64,000 bases of DNA from Clostridiales bacterium (GTDB lineage Bacteria; Bacillota; Clostridia; TANB77; CAG-508), in assembly GCA_003507395.1 (NCBI GenBank), contig DNVW01000016.1, positions 12,726-76,725 on the forward strand, given 5' to 3'. A program made the position numbers and the translations under genes. Below the pieces are notes generated by a model that ran no database searches, was not told the DNA's origin, and worked only from the letters and a program-made list of their open reading frames with translations. Shown here piece after piece: positions 48,590 through 60,737 of this stretch (its first letter is position 1; every line of letters starts with the position of its first letter).

Positions 48590-49846
48590 ATGAACACAGA
48601 AATAAAAGAAAAAATAGAACAATGTTTAAATTGTAAAACAAAACCATGTACACAAGGATGTCCATTAGGAAATAATATACCAATATTTATAAAAAATGCA
48701 AAAGAAGGTAAATATAAAGAAGCATATGATATTCTTTCAGAAACTACGGTTTTACCAGCAATATGTGGAAGAATTTGTCCACATTATAAACAATGTATGG
48801 GAAAATGCATACGTGGTATAAAAGGACAACCTGTAAATATAGGAGATATAGAAAAATATATAGGAGATATATCAATAAAGGAAAAATATAATTTACCCAA
48901 ATGTGAACAAGAAAGAAAAGAAAAAATTGCCATAGTAGGTAGCGGACCGGCTGGATTAACATGTGCAGCATTCTTACGAAGGAAAGGGTTTAAAGTAACA
49001 ATATATGAAAAATATAATGAACTTGGGGGAATATTAAGAAATGGTATTCCAGAATTTAGATTAGACAAAGTTATACTAGATAATACAATACAAAAAATAT
49101 TAGATTTAGGAATTGAAGTAAAATATAGCATGACATTAGGAGAAAACTTAAATATTGAGCAATTAGATAAAGAATATGATGCTATATTTTTAGCTATAGG
49201 AGCTAATATAACAAGAAAAATGGGAATAAAGGGGGAAGAGTTAGAAGGAGTATATGGTGGAAATGAGTTACTAGAGTCAAGAAATCACCCTAATTACAAA
49301 GGGAAAAAAGTTGCAGTAATAGGTGGAGGTAATGTGGCCATTGATTGTGCAAGAACAGTAAAAAGATTAGGCGCTGAAATAGTAAACATTATATATAGAA
49401 GAGAAGAAGAGCAAATGCCAGCCGAGAAAAAAGAAATAGAAAATGCAAAAAAAGAAGGAATAGAGTTTTTGTTTAAAAATAATATTGTAAAAATTATAGG
49501 AAATAAAAAAGTAGAAAAAATAGAATGTATAAAAACAGAGCTAATGCAAAAAGAGGGAGAAATAAGAAAATCGCCAGTTGAAATAAAAGATAGTAACTAT
49601 ATAATAGATGTGGATTATGTTATAATGGCATTGGGCTCAAAAACAGATATACAGGTATTAAATAAATTAGGTATAGAGCTTACACAAGACAAATATGTAA
49701 AAGTAAACAATAAAAATCAAACAAGTAATACGAAAATATTTGCAGGGGGAGATATAAAAGGCGAAAAATCAACAGTAGCATGGGCAGCGAGAAGTGGGAG
49801 AGATACAGCCGAAAATATAGAAAGCTTTTTAAACAATAATATTTGA
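48590..49846 (+). CDS. GltD-family NAD(P)H-dependent oxidoreductase (glutamate synthase small subunit / dihydropyrimidine dehydrogenase PreT-like)
   Basis: N-terminal Fe-S cysteines and two dinucleotide-binding motifs (IAIVGSGPAGL and VAVIGGGNVAID). Confidence 0.7.
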   Translation: MNTEIKEKIEQCLNCKTKPCTQGCPLGNNIPIFIKNAKEGKYKEAYDILSETTVLPAICGRICPHYKQCMGKCIRGIKGQPVNIGDIEKYIGDISIKEKYNLPKCEQERKEKIAIVGSGPAGLTCAAFLRRKGFKVTIYEKYNELGGILRNGIPEFRLDKVILDNTIQKILDLGIEVKYSMTLGENLNIEQLDKEYDAIFLAIGANITRKMGIKGEELEGVYGGNELLESRNHPNYKGKKVAVIGGGNVAIDCARTVKRLGAEIVNIIYRREEEQMPAEKKEIENAKKEGIEFLFKNNIVKIIGNKKVEKIECIKTELMQKEGEIRKSPVEIKDSNYIIDVDYVIMALGSKTDIQVLNKLGIELTQDKYVKVNNKNQTSNTKIFAGGDIKGEKSTVAWAARSGRDTAENIESFLNNNI

Positions 49847-49902
49847 CATAAATAATATAGTTTGATATTATAAAATAAATACAAAGGATAGGAGAGATTT
49901 AT

Positions 49903-50697
49903 ATGGGAAGAGAAGAGTTCATAAGAGGTCTACAAGTACCACAAAACAAAAGACCGCAAAATAAAAGACCAAAACGAAAAATAAAATTAAATCAAGATAT
50001 AAAGTATAAAAGGAGGAGATTTGCATTAGGTGTAGGACTAACAATGGGCTTAATAGCTGCTTCTTTAGGAATAATTAAGCAAGCAAATAAAGACAATGAG
50101 GAAATGAGTTTACCAGACACTATAGTAGATATGAGAGAGCCAGAAGAAGTTAGTGAATTAACTGGAACAAACTTAGATGAAGTAAACTTAGATGAAACAA
50201 ACTCAGATGATATAAATGAAGAAAAGAAAGTGCCAAAAATGAATTATAATACAGATGAAGAAGCAACAAAAATTGCACTTAGACTAATAGCTGATAAAGT
50301 ATCAGAAGCTTTGGGATTTGAAGAAACAGCAAACCAACGATTATATACCAAAAGAGTGTCTGATGGGGAGTACCAGATTAGGTTTGAATATAATCTAAAT
50401 GGAGAAAGATTCACATCATCATTGTTTGGTTGGAAAGAAACAAAAGATTTGCTTAAATATTATACAGAAATAATGAAAGGTGGAAAAAATGCCGAAGCTA
50501 TATATAATGAATTATATTATAAATCTATAAAAATAGATAAAGATGGAAAACTGTCATTTGTAGACTCGGAAGAACCAATAAATGAAGCAGGATGGCACTT
50601 AGATACTTGGGAAGAAAAAGACCCTCTTTCAGGAATGTATACTATAACAAAAGCAAAACTGGTTTCAGAAAGAGAAATTGGTGATGAAGGAAGATAA
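49903..50697 (+). CDS. Membrane-anchored hypothetical protein with a short acidic tandem repeat (GTNLDEVNLDETNSDD)
   Basis: It has a basic N-terminus, one TM segment and an acidic repeat. Confidence 0.3.
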   Translation: MGREEFIRGLQVPQNKRPQNKRPKRKIKLNQDIKYKRRRFALGVGLTMGLIAASLGIIKQANKDNEEMSLPDTIVDMREPEEVSELTGTNLDEVNLDETNSDDINEEKKVPKMNYNTDEEATKIALRLIADKVSEALGFEETANQRLYTKRVSDGEYQIRFEYNLNGERFTSSLFGWKETKDLLKYYTEIMKGGKNAEAIYNELYYKSIKIDKDGKLSFVDSEEPINEAGWHLDTWEEKDPLSGMYTITKAKLVSEREIGDEGR

Positions 50698-50707
50698 AAA
50701 ATGAGAA

Positions 50708-50745
50708 ATCACCTCTAGATATATAAGTCTAGAGGTGATTTTGGT
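50708..50745. terminator. Bidirectional terminator (13-bp stem aatcacctctagat ... gtctagaggtgatt)
   Basis: A perfect inverted repeat between convergent genes. Confidence 0.65.
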
Positions 50746-50751
50746 GTAATA

Positions 50752-51837
50752 TTAATTCTCATTAACCCTTTTTTCTCCGCCAAAAGAGAATAAGTTTTTT
50801 AGACTATTGAAAAGTGCATGTAACTTAGAGTTATTTACAGGAACTAAAGATACATTATTTATAATTGTATCATATTTAATTTCCAAAGCTTCCATTTGCT
50901 GAACATAATAGTCATTAAAAAAGGTATAACCATCTGTAGAGCCTAAATAATTTTTGTAATTATATAACTTATATCTGTATTCATCTATATCAGCAGTTGT
51001 ATTTAATTTTTTCAATTCATTGTCAAAATATGAAGTGAAAATTACATTTTGTGTTTCAAAAAATAATTTTTTTAATTTATTTTTGTATAAAGAAATCTTT
51101 TTTCCATATCTTGCAGCTTGACTATCTGTACAAGAGATGTTAAGCAACTTGTTATTTAAATTTATTATTTTTTCTTCTGTATACAAAATTTCGTCTAAAT
51201 TATCTTGTATATAAAAGAAAACTTTTTCACCACATGCCTGTATTATATTTTCTTGAAATTGTGTTGTAGCAGAAAACATACTATCATAAAAATCATTTTC
51301 ATTTGTTATATAAACTAATTGTGAAACCAAATTACAAAGTACAGGATAGTAAGATGGCGAAGTTGTTGAAAAAGTTATATCATAATATTTAACCATTTCG
51401 TAGTTATGTCTTAGTGCTTTAGAAGTTGCAAGCTGAACAGCAGCTTCATTTAAAGCCATACCATATTCTTTAGAATTAATAAAAGCACATAATCCTAGTT
51501 TCTTCAAATTTCCTCTTCTGTCTTTTACTTCTTGTAAATAATGAATAACTTCATGTATAGCGAATTTTTCTATTTCATCAATAGAAAGACCTGCTTTAAA
51601 ATATATAGAGGAATTTTTATAAAAGTAGTTTGCTTCAGCTAAACCTTCTGGCATTTCTGCATAATACATAGGAATTCTTGAAATAGTTATAAATAATTTT
51701 TGGGCAATAAAGTGTTGATTTGGAAAAGCTCTACATAGTTTTTGGGCAATATTTTTTGCTAAAGTATTAACACTTAAAGTGTCTAACTTATTTATAACTG
51801 TAATCCCATTTTTCTTTAATTCTTTTTCTATATTCAT
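50752..51837 (-). CDS. Hypothetical protein with an HExxH zinc-metallopeptidase-like motif
   Basis: FAIHEVIHYLQE contains HEVIH. Otherwise it is unassigned. Confidence 0.35.
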   Translation of the reverse strand: MNIEKELKKNGITVINKLDTLSVNTLAKNIAQKLCRAFPNQHFIAQKLFITISRIPMYYAEMPEGLAEANYFYKNSSIYFKAGLSIDEIEKFAIHEVIHYLQEVKDRRGNLKKLGLCAFINSKEYGMALNEAAVQLATSKALRHNYEMVKYYDITFSTTSPSYYPVLCNLVSQLVYITNENDFYDSMFSATTQFQENIIQACGEKVFFYIQDNLDEILYTEEKIINLNNKLLNISCTDSQAARYGKKISLYKNKLKKLFFETQNVIFTSYFDNELKKLNTTADIDEYRYKLYNYKNYLGSTDGYTFFNDYYVQQMEALEIKYDTIINNVSLVPVNNSKLHALFNSLKNLFSFGGEKRVNEN

Positions 51838-51937
51838 TTAAATTTCTCCTTAGTACAAATTACAACACTATTATACAACAAAACATAGATAAAAATATTA
51901 CAAAACTAATACTTTTATATTACAAAAACATTACAGT

Positions 51938-54349
51938 TTATTTTACAACAATATTATATATCTTATTTTTTACATATATTTCTTTAATAACTGTCTTGTT
52001 CTGCAAATTATTTATAACTGTAGGATTAGCATGTACAAGTTCTTTTACGGTACTTTCATCAGTATCTCTTGCAATTTTTACAGTAGCTTTCAACTTTCCA
52101 TTAAATTGTATAGGTAATTCTATTTCGTCATCAATTGTCTTTTCTTCATCATAAGTAGGCCATTCTGTTTCAGCAATTGTAATACTAGCACCAATTCTTT
52201 CATAAAGTTCTTCAGTAATATGTGGTGCAAATGGATTTAATAGTTGCAAAAAGGTTTTAAATTCAGCAATATTTATTCTTTTTAATTTATAAAATTCATT
52301 AACCATTGTCATAAAAGTAGAAATACAAGTATTAAATTTCATTTCTTCAATATCTGAACTTACTTTCTTTATAGCTTTGTGCATCATTTTTTCAAATTCA
52401 GGAGAGTAAGAATTGCCCTCTATTAACATATCCTGCAAGTTCCATACTCTATCTAAAAACTTACCACAGCCACGAATACTTTCCATAGACCAAGGAGCAG
52501 TTTGATCAAATGGCCCCATAAACATTTCATAAACTCTAAAAGTATCTGCACCAAATTCTTCTATAATATCATCTGGATTAACAACATTACCCTTAGATTT
52601 AGACATTTTTTCTCCATTTGAACCTAAAATCATGCCATGTGCAGTACGTTTTTGATAAGGTTCTTTTGTAGGAACAATTCCAATATCATATAAAAACTTA
52701 TGCCAAAATCTAGAATATAATAAATGCAAAGTAGTGTGTTCCATACCTCCATTGTACCAATCAACAGGAGACCAATATTCCAAAGCTTCCTTAGAAACTA
52801 GTTCTTTATCATTATGTGGATCCATATATCTTAAATAATACCAAGAAGATCCAGCCCACTGAGGCATAGTATCTGTTTCTCTTTTAGCAGGTCCTTTACA
52901 ATGTGGACAAATAGTGTTAATCCAATCAGTCTGCTTAGCAAGAGGAGATTCACCATTTTCACTAGGTTCATAATCTTTAATATCTGGTAAAACCAAAGGT
53001 AATTCTTCTTCTGGAATTGGAACCCAACCACATTTTTCACAATATACCATTGGAATTGGTTCGCCCCAATAACGTTGTCTAGAAAATACCCAATCACGAA
53101 GTTTGTAATTCACTTTTCTTTTTCCAATACCATTTTCTTCTAAATATCCTATAACTTTTTCCATAGCATCTTTTACATTTAAGCCATTTAAAAAACCAGA
53201 ATTAACTAAAGTGCCAGAAGAAACATCTGTGAATACACTTTTTTGAACATCTTCTCCACCGCTAACAACTTCTATAATTGGCAAATTAAACTTTTTGGCG
53301 AATTCCCAGTCTCTGCTATCATGCGCAGGAACAGCCATAATAGCTCCTGTACCATATGTGATTAAAACATAATCAGAAGCCCAAATAGGAATTTCTTTAC
53401 CAGTTAAAGGATTTATTGCCTTAATTCCTTTAATCTCAACTCCACTTTTTTCTTTGTTTAATTCAGAACGTTCGAAGTCAGATTTTAAACTAGCTAATCT
53501 TTTATATTCTTCAACTTCTTCCAAATTTGTAATTCTATCTTTTAATTTATTAATAAACTCATGCTCAGGAGCAACAACCATATAAGTAGCACCAAATAAA
53601 GTATCTGGTCTTGTAGTATAAACTGTTAACTCCTCATCAGAATTAGCAATTTTAAATTTAACTTCTGCACCCTCACTTCTGCCAATCCAATTAATCTGTT
53701 GTGCTTTAATTTTATCTAAAAAATTAACTTCATCTAGGTCATCAATTAATCTTTGAGCATAATTTGTAATTTTTAACATCCATTGACTTTTTTCTTTTTG
53801 AACAACTGCACTGCCACATCTTTCACAAACACCATTTACAACTTCTTCATTTGCTAAACCAACTTTACAACCAGTACAATAATTAATAGGCATAGTTGTT
53901 TTATATGCTAACCCTTTTTTAAATAATTGAATAAAAATCCATTGAGTCCATTTGTAATAATTGGGATCTGTTGTGTTTACTTCTCTTGACCAATCAAATG
54001 AAAAGCCTAAAGATTTTAATTGTTCTCTAAAATGATTTACATTCTTCTCAGTTGTAATTTTAGGATGAACATGATTTTTTATAGCATAATTTTCAGCTGG
54101 TAAGCCAAAAGCATCAAAACCAATAGGATATAAAACATTATATCCTTCCATCCTTTTTTTTCTAGCAATAATATCTAAAGCCGTATAGCTTCTAGGATGA
54201 CCAACATGAAGACCTTGACCAGATGGATAAGGAAATTCAACTAACCCATACCATTTTTTCATGGAAGGATCATCTTTAGCAAAAAAAGTTCCTTCACTAT
54301 ACCATTTATTTTGCCATTTTTTATCTATATTTTTAAAGTCATATATCAT
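51938..54349 (-). CDS. leuS: Leucyl-tRNA synthetase
   Basis: [13 protein letters not shown] (HIGH) and KMSKSKGN motifs. It has LeuRS-specific N-terminal similarity and is 803 aa long. Confidence 0.9.
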   Translation of the reverse strand: MIYDFKNIDKKWQNKWYSEGTFFAKDDPSMKKWYGLVEFPYPSGQGLHVGHPRSYTALDIIARKKRMEGYNVLYPIGFDAFGLPAENYAIKNHVHPKITTEKNVNHFREQLKSLGFSFDWSREVNTTDPNYYKWTQWIFIQLFKKGLAYKTTMPINYCTGCKVGLANEEVVNGVCERCGSAVVQKEKSQWMLKITNYAQRLIDDLDEVNFLDKIKAQQINWIGRSEGAEVKFKIANSDEELTVYTTRPDTLFGATYMVVAPEHEFINKLKDRITNLEEVEEYKRLASLKSDFERSELNKEKSGVEIKGIKAINPLTGKEIPIWASDYVLITYGTGAIMAVPAHDSRDWEFAKKFNLPIIEVVSGGEDVQKSVFTDVSSGTLVNSGFLNGLNVKDAMEKVIGYLEENGIGKRKVNYKLRDWVFSRQRYWGEPIPMVYCEKCGWVPIPEEELPLVLPDIKDYEPSENGESPLAKQTDWINTICPHCKGPAKRETDTMPQWAGSSWYYLRYMDPHNDKELVSKEALEYWSPVDWYNGGMEHTTLHLLYSRFWHKFLYDIGIVPTKEPYQKRTAHGMILGSNGEKMSKSKGNVVNPDDIIEEFGADTFRVYEMFMGPFDQTAPWSMESIRGCGKFLDRVWNLQDMLIEGNSYSPEFEKMMHKAIKKVSSDIEEMKFNTCISTFMTMVNEFYKLKRINIAEFKTFLQLLNPFAPHITEELYERIGASITIAETEWPTYDEEKTIDDEIELPIQFNGKLKATVKIARDTDESTVKELVHANPTVINNLQNKTVIKEIYVKNKIYNIVVK

Positions 54350-54507
54350 AAAACTCTCTCCTCATCAATAATTTAAAACATTATATAATAATTATATTAA
54401 AAAGTAAATATTAGAAATAAATAATAAAATTTAGAAAATCTAAAAATATACAAACAAAATGTGGGAGAAAAGTTTTATAAATCAACATAAAAAGAAGATT
54501 CTAATTC

Positions 54508-54535
54508 TTGACTTTTAAATTCATTAGTATATAAT
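54508..54535 (+). promoter_or_regulatory. Candidate adhE promoter (TTGACT-16-TATAAT)
   Basis: Seen directly in the sequence, ~55 nt upstream of the adhE ATG. Confidence 0.45.
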
Positions 54536-54592
54536 AATTAATAAGTGCAAATAATATAACTAAGGAAATTTTGCCAGAAAGGATGAGATAAT

Positions 54593-57202
54593 ATGGCTAT
54601 TGAAATTACAGAAGAAGAGAAAAACAGAATAAAAGAAATGATAGATAAACTGGTAGAAAAAGCCAAAATAGCTTCAGAAGAATATATGGATTTAACTCAA
54701 GAGCAAGTCGATAATATAGTAAAACAAATGGCAATGGCAGGATTGGAGCATCATATGGAGCTTGCGAAAATGGCAGTTGAAGAAACAAATAGAGGAATTT
54801 ATGAAGACAAAATAACTAAAAATATGTTTGCAACAGAATATATATATCATAGTATAAAATATGATAAAACTGTAGGTGTAATTAACGAAAATGAAGAAGA
54901 GGGTTATGTAGAAATAGCAGAACCTGTTGGAATTATTGCAGGTGTAACACCTGTTACAAACCCAACTTCAACTACAATGTTTAAATCGATAATTGCTGCT
55001 AAAACAAGAAATGTAATAATATTTGGTTTTCACCCATCAGCTCAAAAATGTAGTGTAGCAGCAGCTAAAATATTAAGAGATGCAGCAGTAGCAGCAGGGG
55101 CACCAGAAAATTGCATTTTATGGATAGAAGAACCATCTGTTACAGCAACAAATATGCTTATGCATCATCCAGATGTGAATTTAATATTGGCAACAGGTGG
55201 CACAGGAATGGTAAAAGCAGCATATTCTTGCGGAAAGCCAGCACTAGGAGTAGGACCAGGCAATGTGCCTTGTTATATAGATAAAACAGCAAATTTAAAA
55301 ACTTCTGTTAATGATTTAGTAATGTCAAAATCATTTGATAATGGAATGATATGTGCTTCTGAACAATCTGTCATAGTAGATAAAGAAATACATGAAGAAT
55401 TTGAAAGACTTATGAAAGAAGCAGGATGCTATTTTATGTCACAAGATGAAACAAATACTTTAAGAAATAGTATGTTTATAGAAGAAAAAGGTTGTGCATT
55501 AAATGCAGATATAGTAGGAAAAAGCCCATATCAAATAGCAAAAGGTGCAGGAATAGAAGTTCCAATAGATACAAAAGTATTAGTTCTTAAAGAAAACGGA
55601 ATTGGAATAGAATATCCATTCTCAAAAGAAAAGTTAAGCCCAGTCTTAGCATACTATATTGTAGAAAATGCAGATGAAGGAATAAACATAGCAGAAAGAC
55701 TTATAGAATTTGGTGGACTTGGACATTCTGCTGTTATTCATTCAGAGAATGAGCAAACAATATTAAAATTTTCAGAAAAAGTTAAAGTAGGAAGAATAAT
55801 AGTAAATTCTCCATCTACGCACGGAGCCATAGGAGATATATATAATACAAATATGCCATCATTAACATTAGGTTGTGGAACATTTGGAGGAAATTCAACA
55901 ACAGCAAATGTATCATCTGTTAATTTAATAAATATAAAAAGAGTTGCAAAAAGAAGGGTAAATATGCAGTGGTTTAAAGTTCCAGAAAAAATTTATTTTG
56001 AAGCAGGCTCTATAGGATATTTAGAAAAAATGCCAAATATAACAAGAGCATTCATAGTAACAGATGAATCAATGGTAAAACTGGGATATGTAGATAAAAT
56101 ATTATATTACTTAAGAAAAAGAAAAGAATATGTACATTCAGAAATTTTTGCAGATGTAGAATCAGACCCATCGTTTGAAACAATTAATAAAGGCGTAGAA
56201 ATGATGAATGAATTTAAGCCAGATGTAATAATTGCATTAGGTGGAGGAAGTCCAATAGATGCTGCAAAAGGAATGTGGTTATTTTATGAGCACCCAGAGG
56301 CAGATGTCGAAGGATTAAAACTTAAATTTATGGATATAAGGAAGAGAACATATAAATTTCCTAAATTAGGTAATAAAGCCAAAATGGTAGCAATACCTAC
56401 AACTTCAGGCACAGGCTCAGAAGTAACTTCGTTTGCAGTTATTACAGATAAAAAACTTAATAAAAAGTATCCATTAGCAGATTATGAATTAACACCAGAT
56501 GTAGCAATCGTAGATCCAGATTTAGTAATGAGTTTGCCTAAGGGAATAACAGCAGATACTGGTATGGATGTTTTAACACATGCTATAGAAGCATATGTTT
56601 CTAATATGGCATCAGATTACACAGATGGACTAGCAGAAAAAGCTTTTGAATTAGTATTCAAGAATTTAAGAGAAGCGTATAACAATGGAAGTAATAAAGT
56701 GGCAAGGGAAAAAATGCATAATGCAAGTACAATAGCAGGAATGGCATTTACAAATGCATTCTTAGGAATAAATCATTCGTTAGCACATAAAATAGGAGGA
56801 GAGTTTCACTTACCACATGGAAGAATAAATGCAATTCTTCTTCCTTATGTTATTAAGTACAATAGTCAAAAGCCGACAAAGTTTGTTTCATTCCCTAAAT
56901 ATGAATATTTTATTGCGGACCAAAAATACGCGGATTTATCAAGAAAAATGAACTTTCCAGCATATACAAATGAAGAAGGAGTATGGTCATTAATAAATGA
57001 AATAAAAAGATTAAATTCAGATTTAGGAATTCCATCAAATTTTAAGGATGCAGGTATAGATGAAAAAGAATTTTTGGACAAAGTAGATATGTTAGCAGAT
57101 AGAGCTTTTGAAGACCAATGTACAACAGCAAATCCAAGATTACCACTAGTAAGTGAGTTAAAGCAAATATTATTAGATAGCTATTATGGAAATAATATAT
57201 AA
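54593..57202 (+). CDS. adhE: Bifunctional acetaldehyde-CoA / alcohol dehydrogenase
   Basis: An 869-aa protein with an N-terminal ALDH domain and a C-terminal Fe-ADH domain ([10 protein letters not shown], HxxxH). Confidence 0.9.
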   Translation: MAIEITEEEKNRIKEMIDKLVEKAKIASEEYMDLTQEQVDNIVKQMAMAGLEHHMELAKMAVEETNRGIYEDKITKNMFATEYIYHSIKYDKTVGVINENEEEGYVEIAEPVGIIAGVTPVTNPTSTTMFKSIIAAKTRNVIIFGFHPSAQKCSVAAAKILRDAAVAAGAPENCILWIEEPSVTATNMLMHHPDVNLILATGGTGMVKAAYSCGKPALGVGPGNVPCYIDKTANLKTSVNDLVMSKSFDNGMICASEQSVIVDKEIHEEFERLMKEAGCYFMSQDETNTLRNSMFIEEKGCALNADIVGKSPYQIAKGAGIEVPIDTKVLVLKENGIGIEYPFSKEKLSPVLAYYIVENADEGINIAERLIEFGGLGHSAVIHSENEQTILKFSEKVKVGRIIVNSPSTHGAIGDIYNTNMPSLTLGCGTFGGNSTTANVSSVNLINIKRVAKRRVNMQWFKVPEKIYFEAGSIGYLEKMPNITRAFIVTDESMVKLGYVDKILYYLRKRKEYVHSEIFADVESDPSFETINKGVEMMNEFKPDVIIALGGGSPIDAAKGMWLFYEHPEADVEGLKLKFMDIRKRTYKFPKLGNKAKMVAIPTTSGTGSEVTSFAVITDKKLNKKYPLADYELTPDVAIVDPDLVMSLPKGITADTGMDVLTHAIEAYVSNMASDYTDGLAEKAFELVFKNLREAYNNGSNKVAREKMHNASTIAGMAFTNAFLGINHSLAHKIGGEFHLPHGRINAILLPYVIKYNSQKPTKFVSFPKYEYFIADQKYADLSRKMNFPAYTNEEGVWSLINEIKRLNSDLGIPSNFKDAGIDEKEFLDKVDMLADRAFEDQCTTANPRLPLVSELKQILLDSYYGNNI

Positions 57203-57211
57203 GCAAAAATA

Positions 57212-57313
57212 GTGCCAAAGGGGACGGGGAATTTTGGCACTATTTTATTGCAAAGGAAAAAGCAATTTAATTTTCAAAATGAAATGTGCCAAAATTCCCC
57301 GTCCCCTTTGGCA
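57212..57313. repeat. Structured repeat element with 27-bp perfect inverted-repeat arms (57214-57240 and 57286-57312), each arm itself hairpin-forming. It is a member of the GGGACGGGGAATTTTGGCAC family.
   Basis: gccaaaggggacggggaattttggcac is exactly the reverse complement of gtgccaaaattccccgtcccctttggc. It lies immediately 3' of adhE. Confidence 0.7.
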
Positions 57314-57400
57314 TAAATTAAACATTTTTTAGATATAACTTGAATTTTAGTAAAAAAATATATATAATATGTTTACATATTGAAAGGAACGTGAGTATAC

Positions 57401-57688
57401 ATGAAAGTTAGTAAAGAAGAATTATTACACATTGCAAATTTAGCAAGCTTAAATTTAAAAGATGAAGAGATAGATACATATTTACTACATCTTCAAGATA
57501 TTTTGAATTTTGCTAATATTGTAGGTAAAGCACCAGTAAGTGACATGGAAGAGACAATAGGAGTAAATGAAAATTGTAATATATTTAGAAAAGATGAAAT
57601 AAAACCATTTGAAGATATAGAAGCACTATTAAAAAATGCGCCAGAACAAGAGGCAAATATGTTTAAAATACCAAAGGTAATACAATAA
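57401..57688 (+). CDS. gatC: Glutamyl-tRNA(Gln) amidotransferase subunit C
   Basis: A 95-aa protein at the conserved position upstream of gatA. Confidence 0.85.
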   Translation: MKVSKEELLHIANLASLNLKDEEIDTYLLHLQDILNFANIVGKAPVSDMEETIGVNENCNIFRKDEIKPFEDIEALLKNAPEQEANMFKIPKVIQ

Positions 57689-57748
57689 AGGTTGGAAATT
57701 AGATGTTATACATTAAATAATTAACATCAAAATTAAAGGAGGAGAACA

Positions 57749-59203
57749 ATGGATATTACAGAATTAACTGTGCATGAGTTAGTTGAAAAATTAAAAAGCA
57801 AAGAGCTTACAGTAACAGAAATAAACAAAGCATATATAGATAGAATAAATGACAGAGAAAAAGATGTACAAGCATTTATAACGCTATTAACAGAGGAGGC
57901 TTTAAAAGAAGCAGAGAGTATAGAAAAAAAAGAAAATTTATCTGAATTAGCGGGTATTCCAATAGGAATAAAAGACAATATATGTACAAAAAATATAAAA
58001 ACAACATGTGCTTCAAAAATGCTAGAAAATTTTGTATCACCATATGATGCAACAGTAATAGAAAAATTAGAAAGTAAAGGCATAATAAATTTGGGCAAAT
58101 TAAATTTAGACGAACTCGCAATGGGAGGTTCTACAGAGTACTCGGCTTTTAAAGTAACAAAAAACCCATGGAATTTAAAAAATGTTCCAGGTGGTTCTTC
58201 TGGTGGAAGTGCAGCAGCAGTTGCTGCTAATTTAGTACCTTGGGCATTGGGGTCAGATACAGGTGGTTCAATACGTCAGCCTGCATCATTTTGTGGAGTA
58301 GTGGGACTAAAACCAACATATGGATTGGTTTCAAGATATGGATTAGTAGCGTTTGCTTCATCTCTTGATCAAATAGGACCAATTACAAAAGATGTAAAAG
58401 ATGCAGCAATTTTATTAAATGTAATAGCAGGACATGATGAAAAAGATACAACCTCAGAAAAAATTAATGATAAAGATTATACAAAGTGCTTAAAAAATGA
58501 TGTTAAAGGATTAAAAATAGGTATACCAAAAGAATATTTTAGTGATGGAATAAATGTAGAGGTAAAAGCGAAGTTAGAAGAAACGATAGAAAAATATAGA
58601 CAATTAGGTGCAGAAGTAGAAGAATTTTCATTAAGTATTGCAGATTATGCTTTAGCAACTTACTATATAATAGCTTGTGCAGAAGCAAGCTCAAATTTAG
58701 GAAGATTTGATGGAATTCGTTATGGATATAGAACAAAGAATTTTTCAAATTTAAAAGATATATATAAAAATTCTAGAAGTGAGGCTTTTGGAAGTGAAGT
58801 AAAAAGGAGAATTATATTAGGTACATATGTACTTTCTTCTGGATATTATGATGCATATTATAAAAAAGCACAACAGGTTCGTACACTAGTACAAAAAGAA
58901 TTTAATGATGCATTTAAAAAATATGATATATTACTTACACCAACAGCACCAACAGCAGCATTTGAAATAGGTGCAAAATCAAATAATCCTTTAGAGATGT
59001 ATTTGGCAGATATATGTACAGTTCCAGTAAATATAGCAGGTCTTCCAGCAATATCTGTACCAGTGGGAGTAGATAATAATGGCATGCCAATAGGAATGCA
59101 ACTTATAGGAAATAAGTTTGAAGAAGAGAAAATATTAAATGCAGCATATACACTTGAACAAGAGATTAAATTTAGAGAAAATTATAAGCCTAATTTTAAA
59201 TAA
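57749..59203 (+). CDS. gatA: Glutamyl-tRNA(Gln) amidotransferase subunit A
   Basis: Amidase signature [12 protein letters not shown]. Confidence 0.9.
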   Translation: MDITELTVHELVEKLKSKELTVTEINKAYIDRINDREKDVQAFITLLTEEALKEAESIEKKENLSELAGIPIGIKDNICTKNIKTTCASKMLENFVSPYDATVIEKLESKGIINLGKLNLDELAMGGSTEYSAFKVTKNPWNLKNVPGGSSGGSAAAVAANLVPWALGSDTGGSIRQPASFCGVVGLKPTYGLVSRYGLVAFASSLDQIGPITKDVKDAAILLNVIAGHDEKDTTSEKINDKDYTKCLKNDVKGLKIGIPKEYFSDGINVEVKAKLEETIEKYRQLGAEVEEFSLSIADYALATYYIIACAEASSNLGRFDGIRYGYRTKNFSNLKDIYKNSRSEAFGSEVKRRIILGTYVLSSGYYDAYYKKAQQVRTLVQKEFNDAFKKYDILLTPTAPTAAFEIGAKSNNPLEMYLADICTVPVNIAGLPAISVPVGVDNNGMPIGMQLIGNKFEEEKILNAAYTLEQEIKFRENYKPNFK

Positions 59204-59258
59204 ATTTAGACTATTATATGAGAATAATTTGTAATTAATTTAGAGGAGGAGAACAACA

Positions 59259-60704
59259 ATGGCTAGAGAAGATTATGAGGTTGTAATAGGGTTAGAAGTA
59301 CATGCAGAACTTTCAACAAAAACAAAAATATTTTGCCCATGCCCTACAGAGTTTGGAGCAGAACCCAATACACATACATGTCCAATTTGTATGGCAATGC
59401 CAGGAACATTACCAGTATTAAACGAGAAAGTAGTAGAATATGCTGTAAAAGCTGGACTGGCAACTAATTGTGAAATATCAAGAAATTGTAAAAATGATAG
59501 AAAAAATTATTTTTATCCAGATCTTCCTAAATCATATCAGATATCACAATTTGATAAACCACTTTGTGAAAGAGGGTATGTGGAGATAGAAGAAGAAAAT
59601 GGAGAAAAAAAGAAAATAAGACTTACAAGAATTCATATAGAAGAAGATGCTGGAAAGCTAAACCATAGTGAATTAAGCGGAGGAAGCTTAGTAGATTTAA
59701 ATAGGGCAGGAGTGCCTTTAATAGAGATAGTTTCAGAACCAGATTTACGTTCAAGCGAAGAAGCAGAAAAATATTTAAGAAAGTTAAAATCTATTCTAGA
59801 ATATATAGAAGTATCAGACTGCAAAATGCAAGAGGGATCTTTTAGAGCAGATGTAAATGTTTCTGTAAGAAAAAAAGGTGCAAAAGAATATGGAACACGT
59901 ACAGAGATGAAAAATATGAACTCATTTAGAGCAATTGTAAGAGGAATAGAATATGAAGTAGAAAGACAAATAGAAGTATTAGAAAATGGGGGAAAGGTAG
60001 AACAAGAAACACTAAGATGGGATGATGTATCAGGAAGAACTTTTTCAATGAGAGATAAAGAAGATGCACAAGATTATAGATATTTCCCAGAGCCAGATTT
60101 GGTAGCAATAAGATTGTCAGATGAATATATTGAAAATGTTAAAAAAACATTACCAGAATTACCAGAAAGAAGAAAGAAAAGATATTTGGAAGACTATGGG
60201 CTATCACAAAAAGATGCTACATTACTAACTGCATCTAAATATTTGTCAGACTTGTTTGAAGGAACATTAAAAATATATGGTAAACCAAAAGCAATAGCAA
60301 ATTGGATCTTATCAGATATTTCAAGGATATTAAATGAAAAAGAGATAGAAGCAACTGAAATACCATTTACTTCAAAAGAATTAGCTAAAGTAATTGAGCT
60401 AATAGATAAAGGAACAATAAGTTCAGCAATTGCAAAAAAGATAATAGAGGAATTATTTGAAAATCCAAAAAATCCAGAAGATATTATAAAAGAGAAAGGA
60501 TGGGTTCAAATCTCAGATGAAGGAGCAATTAAAGAGGTAGTGCTAAAAATATTAGATAAAAACCCACAATCTATAAGTGATTATAAATCAGGAAAAGACA
60601 GAGCATTAGGATTTTTAGTAGGACAAGCTATGAAAGAGACAAAGGGAAAGGCAAATCCACAAATACTTAATAAAATGTTTTTAGAGGAATTAAATAAAGA
60701 ATAA
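59259..60704 (+). CDS. gatB: Aspartyl/glutamyl-tRNA amidotransferase subunit B
   Basis: GatB N-terminus (VIGLEVHAEL) and a C-terminal YqeY-like domain. Confidence 0.9.
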   Translation: MAREDYEVVIGLEVHAELSTKTKIFCPCPTEFGAEPNTHTCPICMAMPGTLPVLNEKVVEYAVKAGLATNCEISRNCKNDRKNYFYPDLPKSYQISQFDKPLCERGYVEIEEENGEKKKIRLTRIHIEEDAGKLNHSELSGGSLVDLNRAGVPLIEIVSEPDLRSSEEAEKYLRKLKSILEYIEVSDCKMQEGSFRADVNVSVRKKGAKEYGTRTEMKNMNSFRAIVRGIEYEVERQIEVLENGGKVEQETLRWDDVSGRTFSMRDKEDAQDYRYFPEPDLVAIRLSDEYIENVKKTLPELPERRKKRYLEDYGLSQKDATLLTASKYLSDLFEGTLKIYGKPKAIANWILSDISRILNEKEIEATEIPFTSKELAKVIELIDKGTISSAIAKKIIEELFENPKNPEDIIKEKGWVQISDEGAIKEVVLKILDKNPQSISDYKSGKDRALGFLVGQAMKETKGKANPQILNKMFLEELNKE

Positions 60705-60708
60705 AATT

Positions 60709-60737
60709 CGGAAGCTTTTGCTTTCGAATTTTTTTAA
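60709..60737 (+). terminator. Terminator (aattcggaagc ... gctttcgaatt followed by a T-run)
   Basis: An 11-bp stem with one mismatch and a T7 run. Confidence 0.55.

Noticed and set aside
54350-54592. T-box riboswitch upstream of leuS
   Set aside because: No conserved T-box core (AATTAGGGTGGNACCGCG-like) or any GC-rich structured segment is present in the 243-bp leader.
12797-57313. Possibility that the recurring GGGACGGGGAATTTTGGCAC / CCCAATTGGG repeats are a CRISPR array
   Set aside because: The copies are not regularly spaced and have no uniform spacer lengths. They are scattered over 45 kb at gene 3' ends. No cas genes are present.
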